Below are positions 1-13,887 of a stretch of 64,000 bases of DNA, piece after piece (positions within the stretch are counted from its first letter, which is position 1; the number at the start of each line of letters is the position of its first letter). A program made the translations under genes and the position numbers. Below the pieces are notes generated by a model. The model did not search any database. It was not told where the DNA came from and saw only the letters and a list, made by a program, of their open reading frames with translations. The stretch covers positions 668,564-732,563 of the forward strand of contig NMRA01000153.1 in the NCBI GenBank assembly GCA_002633005.1, in the 5' to 3' direction. Source of the stretch: Phoronis australis (taxonomy: Eukaryota; Animalia; Phoronida).

Positions 1-516
1 AAACAAACCTTAACAGATGCTGTAGTGACATTTCTACAAAAACGCATTACACAACAATCAGATAACTATCTAACGCAAGACTGTCAACAAAAGTTTTGCT
101 CCAACATCAGAGTCAGTAGAGTCTTTGCTAACATTGAACATTGGTAACCTGAAAACAAATGCGGTTGAGAAATGAACCCGGTGTAACGCAGAATGATATA
201 ATTATTTGTCTTTTGATTGTTGATTAAGGGTTTTAATTTTTAAATTTAGAATATGGCATTGGTGTATTTCAACATTTTAGCATTTACTGTATCAGTGTAT
301 CTAAGGAAAACTTATATTATGACAAAAACAGAAAATAATAAGCACAAACATTTCTTTTCAATAGAGGGCGATACTCATTGTTTTGCTGAACAGCGATAAC
401 TCGTGATCTTGACTGGACTTTGTTCATTGTGTTAGATCACCCCCACCAAAAGAAAGTTCAATGCACAGCTGATAAGGTACTCATGACATGTAGCCGTTTT
501 GTAGAGCACTGTCGAT

Positions 517-3500
517 ATGTCTGTACAGCTCAGCGGCGGGGATATTGATTGGGAAGAGGAAGGTGATGGAGAGGGACTGGGTTTGTTGAGCGAGAGCGTC
601 AACGCCGTGAATGTGACGATTCGTTCACAAAGCCAAAGGGAAACGGGTAAGTCTGCACTCTAGTTTAATGCATTTTTTACTTTTTAGCCATCTGAATTCA
701 CAGCCAGGCCAGCATAGGCAATTACATCAACCTGAATGCCGCAGGCCAATCGAGGGGCTACGTGTAGCCTAAGTGTTGTAGTAATTTGAGAGGTGTCTTA
801 CCTTACATCTTGGATGCCCCTAGTCGGCCTAGTCGAGCTCAGAGTCAATTGCCAATTGGTCTGCTCAGTGTGGGGTCTGGATATCGAATGCAGCTCTGCA
901 TCCCAGCACGTGTATTGGCTACAGGGCTGCTTAATTAATATTCATGTTGCGCCCTCATTGCATAACGTTACATTGTCGTGATAGACCGCCCAGGGCCCGG
1001 TCTCTAATCTCCGTACTCAGACTTGAATCATAATCATACTCAAACTTCATACTCAACTCGAGTACAGGCTCAGCTTTGGTGTATTCAATGTAATACTCGA
1101 AAAATCTGTTCTTGAAATTTCGAGCACATATTCAATTTTCTAGTACACTCTATATTTCGAGTATGATTTTGGGTAAAATTCCGAGTATATGCTTCAAATT
1201 TCAAGTTTGGTCTGGCAGTGTGCTTGAAATCGTACTCAAAGTAAATAGGAGCGAGAGAACAAAATATCGAAAGGCCACCGAAAGACGCAGCAAATCTAAA
1301 AAGTCCTCTTACCACATTTCAACGCTTCACTTTCAGTTCATAGATAATAGTTTTCATTTTAAATCTTCTTATTCTTCACCTTATTAACCCACCGTATCTC
1401 TGCTTGTAAACGCCGCCAATTTATAAACTCCTTCTTACTGTACGATTCCTGGCAACAGGCGCATTCTAATCCCTTGTTGGCAAGTCATTACAAGTGGCAA
1501 AAGCCAATATGGGGAAAGTCGTGTGAGAAGTTTGTGCTGCCCTTATTTCAGTAGGTGTGCCTACGGTTTGTAGGGTTTCCAAAAGACAAGGAGGTGAGGA
1601 AAGTTAAAAATGGGTTTGCTTGCCTATCAGGTACATTTCACATCATAGTTTATAGTCATCTAGAATTCCTCAATACCTGACTGGTATTCCAGATTTTGTT
1701 TGCCGATTTCTAAGTAGACGTCTCGTCCCTTTCACTGGTGAACTCTAAATGCCTGCACATGTATTGTTTTTTTACTCGCGCGCCTAATATCCACTAACTT
1801 GATACATCCTGGTAAAATACAAAGATACAGTATCAAAGTTTGACATCAGCGTAGGCCTACTCAGCAATGAGTTCTATGTCAAGACTAATTTAGTAAGACA
1901 GAACAGGGGTTCTTTGATGTGATATGCTGTTACAATTTTCGGGAGATGAGGTTTTCAAGAAGTAAAGCTTTAATTGTCAAAGGTATCAAAGAAATGGTAT
2001 AGGAATATTGTATTGAAACTGACAAAATGAATTAACAGCACAGAACACTCAGAATTCACGTTTGTGGTTGTAGCGACAGCAGACGATAATGTAGTTGCTG
2101 GGGTGGTCTATGCCAATAGGGAACGATGAATCTACACGAATTTGCGTGGTTTTGCATTTCACATCATAAAGAGTTCCATAGCAACTCAAGTATGAGTGTC
2201 AGATTTGAGAATGTTTGGAGTCTACTCGAAATGCGACATTAGATAGGCTTTTTTGAGTACAACTCCAGTGAGCACGATTTTGAGTATGAAATCTCGAGTA
2301 TGAGTATGAGTCTGAGTACGGAGATTGGAGACCGGGCCCAGGTGTATCAGGTAGGCTAGTCCCGACGGTCAGAAATGGCAGGTCTTTCCACTCAATTACC
2401 CTTTATTTCAATTTAATCTGATTGTGGTAAAGATAAGAGCTGCCTGAAGAATTAGGACGTTTGGTATAATTTTTTGCCCTTTTTGTGGACGGAAAAAGAG
2501 TCCATATTTGAATTTTTCATAAAAAATTGAGTTACAACAATTTTCTCCCACATGTATCGGTCAAGTTTTGTGGGAGATAGTTGACAACTTGATGCCAAAT
2601 TAGGCCAGTGTGAATGAAAGTATTTTGCAACTGGTGAGATCTAAATACCATGTTTATTGCCTGCAGCTGGAGTCCAGACAAAGGCCTATTCATATCACTG
2701 ATAACAGATGACCAGCTTATACTCCCTGAAGCCCCTAAGTTTGCCTCACAGGCAAAATGACGTTTTGTGGCCATTACCGGCATATGGGCCGGACAGCCAA
2801 CGTCGGTAGTTTCCAAGACGAACAACAGTCGTCTTCCGATGCCGACAGAGGGCGCGTGCGGCTGAAGTCCAGTGCAGCAGTGAGACAAGTCAAATAACGT
2901 CTCATTACACTCTCCTCCATTTTATTTAACAAGAGCCAAAACGTAAGGGAGAAGTCTTATTTTTTGATTTCTAAGACGAGGTCAGGGCAGCATGAAATGG
3001 TGAACCAGTGAAACAATAGGCTAGAAAGAGCCTAGCGGCGAAACAGAAAACTAACACTAGGTAAAACAAAAGAACATCAAATACAAAATATACAATGAAC
3101 AAAAGTAACCTGCAAATCATCCGCAACAACCTCAACAGCTCAAAGTCCGAGTTAAAAACCTGGCAAACCTGTGGAGTGGAGGTACTATATGATGGGGGTG
3201 TAGATAGAAAGGGCATAATCTGGCAAAGTGTGGGTCCTTATGGTGAACGCGACCTGCATGCAGTCTTTGTTCATGGCAACCTGGTAAAAATCCCAAGTTA
3301 TGAAGTCAACAGGAACACATCCAAGCACGTGCTCAAAATGCTACAGGAAGTAAACAGAGAGGAGTCGTAATTGTTCAGTAAAAAAAGGCCATTTATTCAT
3401 ATCTCATGCACGGATGGTGTGTTCTGATGGTGGATGGTCGGAGTTTCCCATAGGTAGGAGATGAGCCAACACAGGGTATATTGGGCCGTAAAACTTCTTC

Positions 3501-6500
3501 AGTTTGGGACACAATTGGACAAGTGAAATTTCATTTTAACTTTGCGGGAAAATTTTGCCTTCTAGCATGGTTTGGGAGGCATACCTTTACCAAACAACAT
3601 TAGGTAAAATGTCGAGCATTTGCAACAATGTGGTAAGCCGCTGAAAAACAATAAAATTGAACAGTTATTTGTGTCTCAAAGTGAAGAATTTCTATCATAT
3701 GTGAGACCGCCCGTGCAATCTTGGGTGTTCTGGTGTACATTTGTGCAATTCGGCAGTTCTTCATTTCAGATATCTCATTTTTTATTTTCAATTGTTGCCA
3801 CAACAACTTTTCATTGGTTGAAGGAACCAGGACATTGCACCTTTGCATACTGGGTTGAAGGGACCAGGACATTGTACCTTTGCATACAGGTGTTTCCTTC
3901 TTCTGGTGACCTTAGTTCCTGTTTGGTAACCTGGGAATTCTGCCAGGTCGCATTTGGCGAGTTGGCGTTATACTTTAAGCTTCAAGCCTTGTTCTTCCAT
4001 GACATTATCACCCATTTGTGTGGTGGTCTTCCATGATATTATCGCCCGCCATTTGTATGGCTTTGTTCCAGAATCATTACTAGTACCCTTTTGTAGCGGC
4101 AAATTTCATCAACCTTACCCTTTCTTCATGATTAATTCTTGGTTCGCTGAAATTTTCATCCATCAGCCCAAATGAGTACAAGTAGACTAGAGATGCCATG
4201 AACTTGTCAAAATGAGTTTAACGTTTGCAACCAATGTTTTGAATGTGTGGATGTAGTGTTGAAAGTACTTCTGCAGATTTGTGTTAAGTTGCAAAAAGAA
4301 ACCTTTTGTGGAGTACAACGCTCAAAATGAACCTTTTTGCAAGGATTTGTGGACAAGGCATCCATTTTTTCACAAATTGTGTTCGAAAGGCCTTTTTTTC
4401 ATTAGAGCTTCACCTCTGGATTGAGAGTTCAAATAAATAAGCAATTTTTATGTATAATTGCTGTATATCTCTAGATGCTTTGACTGATTTATGAAAATGT
4501 TAACGTTATTTTCATTGCAACATGTGTTATTTGGTACTAGTACTAGACCTACAACAGCAGGGGGTGATTGGGATGGGAAGGGACTTTGTCGTAAATATTC
4601 TTTCTCAATACCCAATGTGAGAACTCTAGTTTTTACGTTTGGTACCTCCAAATTTTCTTCGTGCGCATCTGTCTTAGCATAGAGTAATTTTTTTTGTAAA
4701 GTATTGCATGTGTGCTGGGTAGCCAGTATATCTCCCCTGAAATAATGCTGCTTGATAAGCACTGTGCTTAGCAAAAAAACAAATGTATGTTTGTTTGAAA
4801 AGTATCAATGTGGTACGTGGGAAAGGAAATACAGAAAAGAACAACGACAAAAGGCATCCCAACACTGATCAGGGCCAGCTGGGATTTAATATCGAAATTT
4901 GGCTTACAGTAACAATTGACCAATTCATATTGCATGGCATCTTGCAGGTTTGTGCTCAAATAGCGCATTTTGAATTTGAGTTTATTTTAGATCAGACCCT
5001 TGGCCCAACTGTGTTGTGGAGTTTGTATAATGGTATACGCCTTTGTTTTTTAAGTATGTCATGATATGCTTCCTGTTTTATAGGTACATCATGGTATGCT
5101 TCCGTGTTTCTGATTGTGAATGCGGCTCTTGGTGCTGGTCTCCTAGAGTTTCCCTGGGCCTACAATGCTGCTGGTGGTGTGGTGGTGGCCATAGTAGTTC
5201 AAGCAGTGAGTAACATGCATATCTCGTAGTGTGGTACATTCGTTATAAGAGGAGTGAGGTATCACTGAGCCTTGGAATTTGCACCGTTTGTGCTACCATT
5301 CAGAAATTACCATATTTATGCCAAGATATATATCCCATATGTGCACCCTCTTGATACTACCTGATTTATGTTACTAGGTGATAACCTTATGTAACCTGAC
5401 AGTGTCTAGTGATGACTCATGTTAAATGCACATTTTTGGGATCTAATATTTCGCCTAATATGAACATATTAAAAAACATGGCCTATTTTTATGTATGCCT
5501 GAAAACGAGTAAATGTACCGGTGGTTACATTTTGCAAATGGTCACTAGGGCAACATGAATAGTGCTAATATTGAAGACGTGGAAATTTGGGTCTTGGTGG
5601 CCAAAACTGTGTATTTGTCAGACAGGGTAAGATATGGACGTCACTTATTCAGAGCCACAAAAATATGATTGGACCTGTGTACCATATTCTTGAATCATAT
5701 CCTTGGTGAGCTTCCCAGAACACATACACACCCTTGTGTTGAGACTCACACGCATGTTTCTATGGAGACGCACACACAGAACACTTATGCCAGTAAATTA
5801 GAGTATTTTCAAGAAATTTTCTGTCTGGGTATGTTTATTGTATTTGGTTAAAAGAAATTGTCTGAGTCAACCAACAATTTTCAGATGTGCTCAGACAGTT
5901 TTAAGAATGAAAATTTGCTGCGGAGAGACCACCGTGTTTTGTGACTATTTTTTATCTGTCTTCTGTTGTTTAAAAAACTATAGAGGACTTGTATCAGGCC
6001 CATGCAACGAGGTCTTTGGAAACTATTTTTTGGATCTGGTTTTGAAGTGGAATCCTTTGTAGTGTGGCTAGTTGGCATTGCTAATTACATTCATGGTGGA
6101 CTGATTGGAGGTCATTGATTGTATCAACGGGAAGATTCACAGCTATTTGAGTTTGAAGTTTTGTGTCTGTGATGTGAACTAATTAGTGCCGCGTTGAACT
6201 TTTTTATAATGTGGAAAATCCTTGTGTTTCTTTATTTTGTAATGTAATTTATGCATAAACCATTCAGCCAGAAGTATACATATCTTGACATTTTTTCTTT
6301 CAGGTTCTTTTATTTTTCATCTGCAGTGCATTGCTTCTCCTTGCCTACTGCTCAGATGTTGATAATAGCGCCACCTACCAGGATGTAGTTGAATCCATGT
6401 GTGGTAGTGTTGGTCAGCTTGCCTGTGCAGCTTGCCTCACCCTGTACTGTTTCGGCGCATGTATCACATACCTTATTATAATTGGGGATCAGCTAGATAG

Positions 6501-9500
6501 AGGTAGGTTGACTTTTTATTGCTAAGATTTACAAGAATTGGTTAGTAATTCTGCACACAAATAATTGCAACTATATACATTTTTCTTTTTTCAAAGACTG
6601 GCTGCGTTGCTTCAAATAATCAACAATTGTCGTGCGACTGTTGCACGGTACAAACCATGTTTAGAATGAGGTAGAATTTTCTTAGCCTTTATTTTGATGA
6701 GAATATTGACATTTATTCATTCCACTTTCTTGCCATAGTGTGTGCTAATTATTGGAAGAATTGCTGCACAGTACAAAGCAAAAGTAATCAGACAAAATAT
6801 TCATTTTCCTGACATGATGAACAATTCAGTTAACGGCAAAATTAGTGGTACTTACTATTATTAAGGGAAAACTTATAGTTCTACATAATGGCTTATCCAC
6901 CTAATTTCCTGTTTATTCTCCTTCCTCCTGGGTCATGAACAAAAACCACCTCTAACAATGAATTTGGCTTCTGTCCAGCCGTAATGAATGGGAATCCTGG
7001 GTGATTTTGTCTGAATACTTTTGACCATGCACTCATCTAGATGTCCATACTTCATAAACGTGTGCAAAGCTTATTTTAAACAGCATTTAAGGATGAATTC
7101 AAAGCATTTAATTGAAGAAAGCTTGTGAGTTTTATTTTCTGTAATTTCAGTAAAATAAAAACAGTTTCAAGCTTTCAAGCACCTTGTTTAAAAAGGTCAT
7201 GATAGTGTGATGCAATATTTATGGATATAATAATCACCATAAAGTTTGATTTAGGAATTCAAGTCAGCCATAAGGTCAGCAAACAATGTAATTCTTGTGC
7301 AAAATGTTTCAACTCCTTGGCATTCTGAGTCATCTCGGGAACTGTGGCAGATGTCAATGACATTTTATGAAAGTTTATGACTAATGTCTGTTGATTTGTT
7401 ATGCTCTTAACATATCTCTGTTTTTTTTTCAGTTTTCCTGGCCGTAGCCCCAGGACACCATGACGTGTGGTACATGGACCGCAAGTTCACTATTTCCGTG
7501 TCCTCTCTAGTGTTCATATTACCGCTGTGCTTTCCTCGTCGTATAGACTTCTTGAAATATGCCAGGTATGACACTAATCGTATAGGGACCCGGATTTTCC
7601 CCGCGATAACGGAAAACTGTAAAAATTCATGAAATCTAACTTCTTTCACACATTTCAGGTACAGATAACAAAATTCCTATTTTTTGTTTTTTAATTACCC
7701 GAAAAGTTAACATCATCCATAAAATTCAACGACTCTAGCAGCAATAGCTGACTGCTCGTTCGGTTTTGGAAAAATAATAACCATGACGCACAAGTTTTCA
7801 GTAAAACGTGGCTCTGGCACAAGAAAGGCAGTTCACAGATCATGTTGTTTATTACTTTGAAATTGTAAAATGGAATTTGGTGAATTACAAAACAGAAACA
7901 ACAGAATTTTTTGTTTACTGAAATGGATTTTTCTGCAAACCAAGGTCTCTGCTAACAGTATGTGATGGGGCTCGTCAAATAAATCAAGTGTACTCTGTTT
8001 GGAGGTTTATTGTTTGTTGCACTAGTAGTTACATCCTAAAAAATAAAAAGATAACATCAAAACAATTGCAATGGTCAGTATGTACAAGCAAGAACAAAAT
8101 GATTGCATAACCAACTGTACGACAAATTCACCAACACTCCCATAGTCTAGTGGCACATTCACTAGACCACAGTCACAACCAAGTCTGTATGCAGTGAGGG
8201 TTCAAATCCTGCACACAAGAACATCTTTATGATTTTCTAAAAGTATAAAAACTGAACATATTAGAAACTTCATTCTACCACAAGTGCGATAAGAGTAATT
8301 TACTATCGTAACACTGGGTAATTTCGCTAATGTGAAATTGGTTTGAATCTGAAAGGATCCTCCTGGGCGTTTGTTTGTGAAAGGTGGCAAGCTCTTTCCA
8401 AAATGTTTTGGCTTCCAGAAGTGCTGTCTTTCAACCATGGGCTTAACTTGAGAGGAATGTCTCACTGTGTCAGCAGCTTGGTTTCTGGAAGAGAAGTTTG
8501 ATGACACTTCTGTTGTCTACTGCCAGTCCTTTAAAAGATCACCAGTTTAAAAAAACTATGTTCTTTCTTCTGCTGCACCTGGCCATCCGGGACACCTCAG
8601 GTATTTTCATGGCCTCAAAATATTTCTCGAATGTGTTTCATAGCTTCGCGTTTGTCATCTTCAGTCATGTGCAGATATGAAACACCTCTGTTGGATAATT
8701 CGAGGCTACAAAAATACTGAAGGTGTTCCGAATGGTACCAGCCATGCAAAGTAGCTTAATCTGTGCTTTTCAAATTACACAGAATAGATTGCTTCATTAT
8801 ATTTCAGTATGTTGGGCGTTGTTGGAGTGGTCTATGTTGTCATTCTGGTCATCGTAGAGTATTACATTGGAGGATATGTGCCTGGCCCTATTAAGTACAC
8901 CCCCGATTCATGGATGGATGTTTTTACCGTTGTTCCTACTATTTGTTTTGGATATCAAGTAAGTGTTTTAGGTTAGTTGAAGTAACTAGACTGTGTCTCA
9001 ACTGAGTACTATTCACTCATATTGAAAAGTTATGTGTTCATATTTATCAACATTTCCATACTTTGCATCCGTAAGTTTTAATGTTGCTTAGAGTGCTAGG
9101 CAGGCTCATTCTTGTTGGGGGTGTTATGTGGTCATAGTTTTAATGTTGCTTGGAGTGCTAGNNNNNNNNNNNNNNNNNNNNNNNNNNNNNNNNNNNNNNN
9201 NNNNNNNNNNNNNNNNNNNNNNNNNNNNNNNNNNNNNNNNNNNNNNNNNNNNNNNNNNNNNNNNNNNNNNNNNNNNNNNNNNNNNNNNNNNNNNNNNNNN
9301 NNNNNNNNNNNNNNNNNNNNNNNNNNNNNNNNNNNNNNNNNNNNNNNNNNNNNNNNNNNNNNNNNNNNNNNNNNNNNNNNNNNNNNNNNNNNNNNNNNNN
9401 NNNNNNNNNNNNNNNNNNNNNNNNNNNNNNNNNNNNNNNNNNNNNNNNNNNNNNNNNNNNNNNNNNNNNNNNNNNNNNNNNNNNNNNNNNNNNNNNNNNN

Positions 9501-12500
9501 NNNNNNNNNNNNNNNNNNNNNNNNNNNNNNNNNNNNNNNNNNNNNNNNNNNNNNNNNNNNNNNNNNNNNNNNNNNNNNNNGTCTGTGTGGGTTTGTTTAA
9601 AAGGTAGCTATGCTTTGAAGTTGTGCGTAGATGGAGAGTGAATAATCAAATCCAGTAATTAATTTATTATATGATAACCCCTAATTAGACAAATGAAACC
9701 TATTGTTAATTAAGTAATCAACTACAAAGAGAAACTATGCTAGCGCCCTCTTTAAAGATTACTTTAATCAAACAACCAAACGATCAAATGTCTTATCTGC
9801 TATCCAAGCTAGGACTCTCCACTTGTTGGATGTCTGTGCTGTTGGTGAATCTTCGAACTGCACTCACACACTGTATAGCGACAGTGTACTTGCTGGTCAC
9901 CGTCTCTGGTGATGCAACACTTGCAGGCAATTTCTTCTACCCGCTAATCTTCTTGCTGGTCACAGTCTCTGGCTGATGACGCAACACTTCAGGTAGTATC
10001 TTACTACCCACAATGCAAGTGACAAGCTCTTAGTTAACTTCCTGTTCGTTAACCCTTGCCCTTGCCAAGATCCTTTCTCGGATCTTCCACGAGATGGCTC
10101 TGTCGTACAACTGCTTCTGTACACTGTAGCAAGTCTTTATGCTTCAACTACTATAGCACATCTGATTATCTTGCTGATTTCAGCCCATAATATAACATTC
10201 TACTTATTTAGTGATTGGCTAATAAAAACCACATGATCATATCCACTCTTATTATTGGCTGTTACAATTTGTTCTCAGAATATTCTAGAATCTCGAGAGT
10301 ACTTTGACCCCAGAACCCAAAGTTGTAAACACCATCTAAAAATAGATTTTGACGTTAAAATACATGTCAACAAGTCTGACCCCATCATTTAAAAGTACAT
10401 ATGCACAAATTTTGGGCAACTTAAAATGGAGCTATTCTTACTAATTACTTAATCAATATTTATTCTGACAGTCACAATCTCATCTGTTGTCGAATTCACG
10501 TTGATGATTGTCTTAATTTTTTTCTGCATGGACATTTGATGCTTAAGCAAGCCATTCATATTGTCTAGTGTATTAACTGTTAATTTTGATAATTTGTTTG
10601 TTCTAAAGCAAGGAAGAATACCACCCAATGGGAGGATTTTAAAAGGTTAAACTAAAATAAATTAAAATAAAATCTGTCCTTTGAACTTCGAAAAGAGCCT
10701 TAGTTGGTTTAATATAATAAACAGGCAAATTAGTATGCCAAATATTTACCAACCATTCTTGGAGCACTTCCAATTCCTTTGGGAGAGTGTGAAACACTGT
10801 CTTTATAAAAAGTAACCAGAAACACAACAAGAAATCATGGTTGCAACTCAGAAGGCTTTTGACACTCTACAGTCTTGATGCCAAAATGATTTCACTGCCT
10901 GTTTTTAATTCACTGGTTGGGCCTTAGGACGTTTACATAGTGCAGAAGTCCCCTCCGAAGACTCCTTTATCACTCACGAATGTAAAGAAAGGCTGTTAAA
11001 AGTGGTAAAGCATTCCTTTAAGGTAACTGGGTACATCCATTACACCATGTCACTTTGGTACCTCTATTACATCTATCACTTTGGTACCTACATTACACTA
11101 TATCACTTTGGTACCTCCATTACACCATATCACTTTGGTACCTCCATTACATCTATCACTTTGGTACCTACATTACACTATATCACTTTGGTACCTCCAT
11201 TACACTATATCACTTTAGTACCTCCATTACATCTATCACTTTGGTACCTCCATTGCACCATATCACTTTGGTACCTCCATTATACCATATCACTTTGGTA
11301 CCTCCATTACACTATATCACTTTGGTACCTCCATTGCACCATATCACTTTGATACCTCTATTACACCATATCACTTTGTAAGTGACTTCAGATCATAGCT
11401 CATGTGTTCACCAAACCTTGGGGATTCTGGCAACCAATTACCTTTGGTACCCAATGAAAATTGTTTTGTGACAGTGACAAATCTTTCTCACTTGCTCAAA
11501 TGTTTTCTGTGTGTGCTACATTCATGTGGGATTCTACGAATGCGTTATACTGCTCAGTAAGTATTTTGCCTGGCTGTACGCAGGTAAAGCGAGATAACTT
11601 TCATATGAGGCAGTCAGATCAATTTGTAGCTCTCTGTCTACACTGGCCCTTACTGTGACTACACATCTCTGTTCTGTGAAAATCTTGGCAATAGTGCTGA
11701 AACTTGGCATCTGCATTTCCGTGGCCAGTCATTTCCGGGCCCTGGTGAATTAGTGGAAAGCACAACACGACAGTAGACATAATGATGTTTTATTTATGCA
11801 TCCGTCACAGTGTCACACCTAACGAGTGGGAGATAGAAACATGGGTGCAATCATGCCGTAAAGGCTGAAAAAGAACTAAAAAATAATAAACATGGATATC
11901 TAACAAGGTGCTACATAATTAATTATGTAATTGCACTAAATCAACAAACATTGTAACTCAAACTTCCACTTTTGGCAGGTCTAATAAGTGTAGAACTGTA
12001 CACACGCAAAGCAGCAAGGGAGACATTGAATACAGAACAAGCAATAGGGGGCGCCTCCATACAGTTCCAATGACTTCCTAATTCAGTAAACATTTTGACA
12101 TCTTACAGAACTATGTTTCTATTATATTTTTTCATTTTCAGGGTCGCTTTTGACAGTATATGGGTAAAGGTATGGGGCCTGACAGCTGCAGAGGTTGCCT
12201 TTGGAGAGAGACGTCGGCGCATCATTACAGTGATTTTGTGGTTCCTGGTAACAGTAGCTCTTGCCGCTTTCATACCAAACATTGCCATAGTCATTAATCT
12301 GCTTGGCGGTCTGGCAGCTTGTTTTATATTCGTTTTCCCAGGTAGGTTGATTTTGTAGTAACATGACACTGGAATTAATTACATGTGGTATTTATTACTT
12401 CTATTGCCTTGTACCTGATGGAAAAAGAATTTGATGTCAGTGCAAAATGTCTCTTTAATACGCCTCTTAGACAGAAAAGTATGCAGTAATTTTCAAAAAA

Positions 12501-13887
12501 AATGACAAATTACTCTTTGTTGACAGTCAGCAAAATTTTTCTGTAAACAAGTTAATTTTTTCATTTGATATCCTTCTACGTTTAAGTCTTAAATTCAATT
12601 CGTGAATTTGAAAACTAGTTTACCGATGTACAACACAAAATTCTTTCCCTCTGTCGGCTTCAAATAAAAATTGATTCCGTACACAACTACTGAGATAGAA
12701 GCAATTACCTCCAGTCCCACATGATCAGCCACCAGATGGCAGCAGTAGTCCTCTGGGTGCGTGCGTGGGTGCATGACATTAGACTTATAGATCATTCCAA
12801 CAAATGTAGTTAGGCCTCGCCCAGCACAGTTACCGTGGCATAATACTTCAAGTGCAAAGCAAATATGACAGAAGTCCTCTGCAACCGTAATACCACAAAA
12901 GACCATTTGCCAGATATTCCCCAAAACATTTCCCTGAAACAGTTACCACACAATCTTAAAGGGCCCTGGGGTAAAAATTAGCCATCACAGACAGCAGTAT
13001 TTCCAGAATTGCAGGTCTTTGAATCCATTCACATCATTTGTATTTCATTCAGATGTCAGATCCATTCAGACAACTCATTGTGAAATACTTTACCTTGACT
13101 GGAAAATCTGGTTTAAATCTTGATGAAACTGGACAGCAGTAAAGTCACATTTCAAGCTCTGAAATAACATGTTTAAAATAAAATGTTGAAACTTTGGCCA
13201 TGGGTTGATAATGAATCAATTTGTACAATGGGTGTGCGTCTCAAGTTCCCTGGTATATTAATTGACATACAATGTTGAGTTATATTTTAATGAAGAATTT
13301 CCTTAAGTACTTTGAAAAAATATAACATTCAAACCCGTCAACATAGACGCAAGTAGAGCACTTGCAGGTTTACAAACATAGCAGAAAAGTGGCATAACCT
13401 CATAAAGGTCTATAACCCTGCACGGGGAAGACAAAAAAGCCAGTGCAGATGGATAGCTTCATGAATTGACAGTTCAACCTTTGTTCACTTGAGGCATACT
13501 GCTCACTGCATAAATATCTGTCTGCACTGACTGTTAGAAATCTCTGGCAAATTCCGCCATGTAACAGGGTGGTAGGACGATGCCAAGGAAAGTAGGACAA
13601 CAATCCATTTTTTTTTCTCATCCAGCAAAATGTCTATAACTGAACGTTAAGGTGCAGATCAGTGAAATCTTCAGTTTAAAAGATTGTTTTGAGCTTATCT
13701 GGTAAACTAATATTTTATTTCAGGTTTGTGTTTACTGCAATTGGCCTTTCGCAAGTCCGGCAGAATCAGCATCAACAAAGAACGCACAGCAGTTGTTCTT
13801 GCGTGTGCTTTCGTGGTCTTGGGGGCTTTCCTGACAGGTGTCACTGTGTGTCAATCCATTGCAGATGACATTCTTCAGCATACATGA
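517..13887 (+). CDS. SLC38A7: SLC38A7/SLC38A8-like sodium-coupled neutral amino acid transporter (spliced; central exons missing from assembly)
   Basis: GT-AG exons 517-646, 5084-5205, 6304-6502, 7433-7565, 8808-8958, [missing], 12142-12341, 13724-13887. Peptides GTSWYASVFLIVNAALGAGLLEFPWAY, CITYLIIIGDQLDR, WYMDRKFTI..LPLCFPRRIDFLKYAS, VPTICFGYQ and LLGGLAACFIFVFPG match SLC38A7/8. The segment between CFGYQ and RVAFDS was not found; an N gap lies at 9162-9580. Confidence 0.88.
994..2338 (+). mobile_element. PIF/Harbinger DNA transposon, internally deleted, with decayed transposase
   Basis: TIRs GGCCCGGTCTCTAATCTCCGTACTCAGAC (994) and GTCTGAGTACGGAGATTGGAGACCGGGCC (to 2338), flanked by CAG on both sides (991-993, 2339-2341; CWG-type TSD). 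Subterminal GAGTA/TACTC repeats. Lies in SLC38A7 intron 1. Confidence 0.85.
1420..1631 (+). pseudogene. HARBI1-like transposase fragment with stops and a frameshift
   Basis: Reads YKLLLTVRFLATGAF*SLVGKSLQVAKANMGKVV*EVCAALIS then, shifted, LRFVGFPKDKEVRKVKNGFACLSG|gt. This resembles the Harbinger transposase region (LRFYATG...FP...F..IAG) just before the first catalytic Asp. Confidence 0.75.
8575..8745. mobile_element. Small degenerate palindromic MITE
   Basis: CCATCCGGGACACCTCAGGTATTTTCATGGCCTCAAAAT is imperfectly inverted by ATTTCGAGGCTACAAAAATACTGAAGGTGTTCCGAATGG about 100 bp downstream. Confidence 0.45.
9620..10372 (-). mobile_element. Possible LTR remnant or other transposon relic next to the assembly gap
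   Basis: On the minus strand it starts TGTTGACA, has two CCAAT boxes and an internal duplication (CTTGCTGGTCAC..TCTCTGG...GCAACACTT, 9890-9990), and is non-coding. No second LTR or TSD seen. Confidence 0.25.
11040..11378. repeat. 26-27 bp minisatellite (about 13 copies)
   Basis: Tandem TATCACTTTGGTACCTCCATTACAC(C/T)A and variants; explains the spurious ORFs at 11002 and 11055. Confidence 0.95.
11380..11745. repeat. Dispersed repeat, copy 1 (copy 2 at 56776-57110); probable MITE fragment
   Basis: AAGTGACTTCAGATCATAGCTCATGTGTTCACCAAACCTTGGG...AAACTTGGCATCTGCA..GTGGCCAGT recurs in the same orientation at 56776. Its right end reads CAGGGCCCGGAA on the minus strand (hAT-like terminus). Confidence 0.8.

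Noticed and set aside
9112-9607. Long ORFs here and at 17393-17896
   Set aside because: Artefacts of N gaps.
11002-11381. Repetitive ORFs or a CRISPR-like array
   Set aside because: Head-to-tail minisatellite without unique spacers, in a eukaryotic intron.
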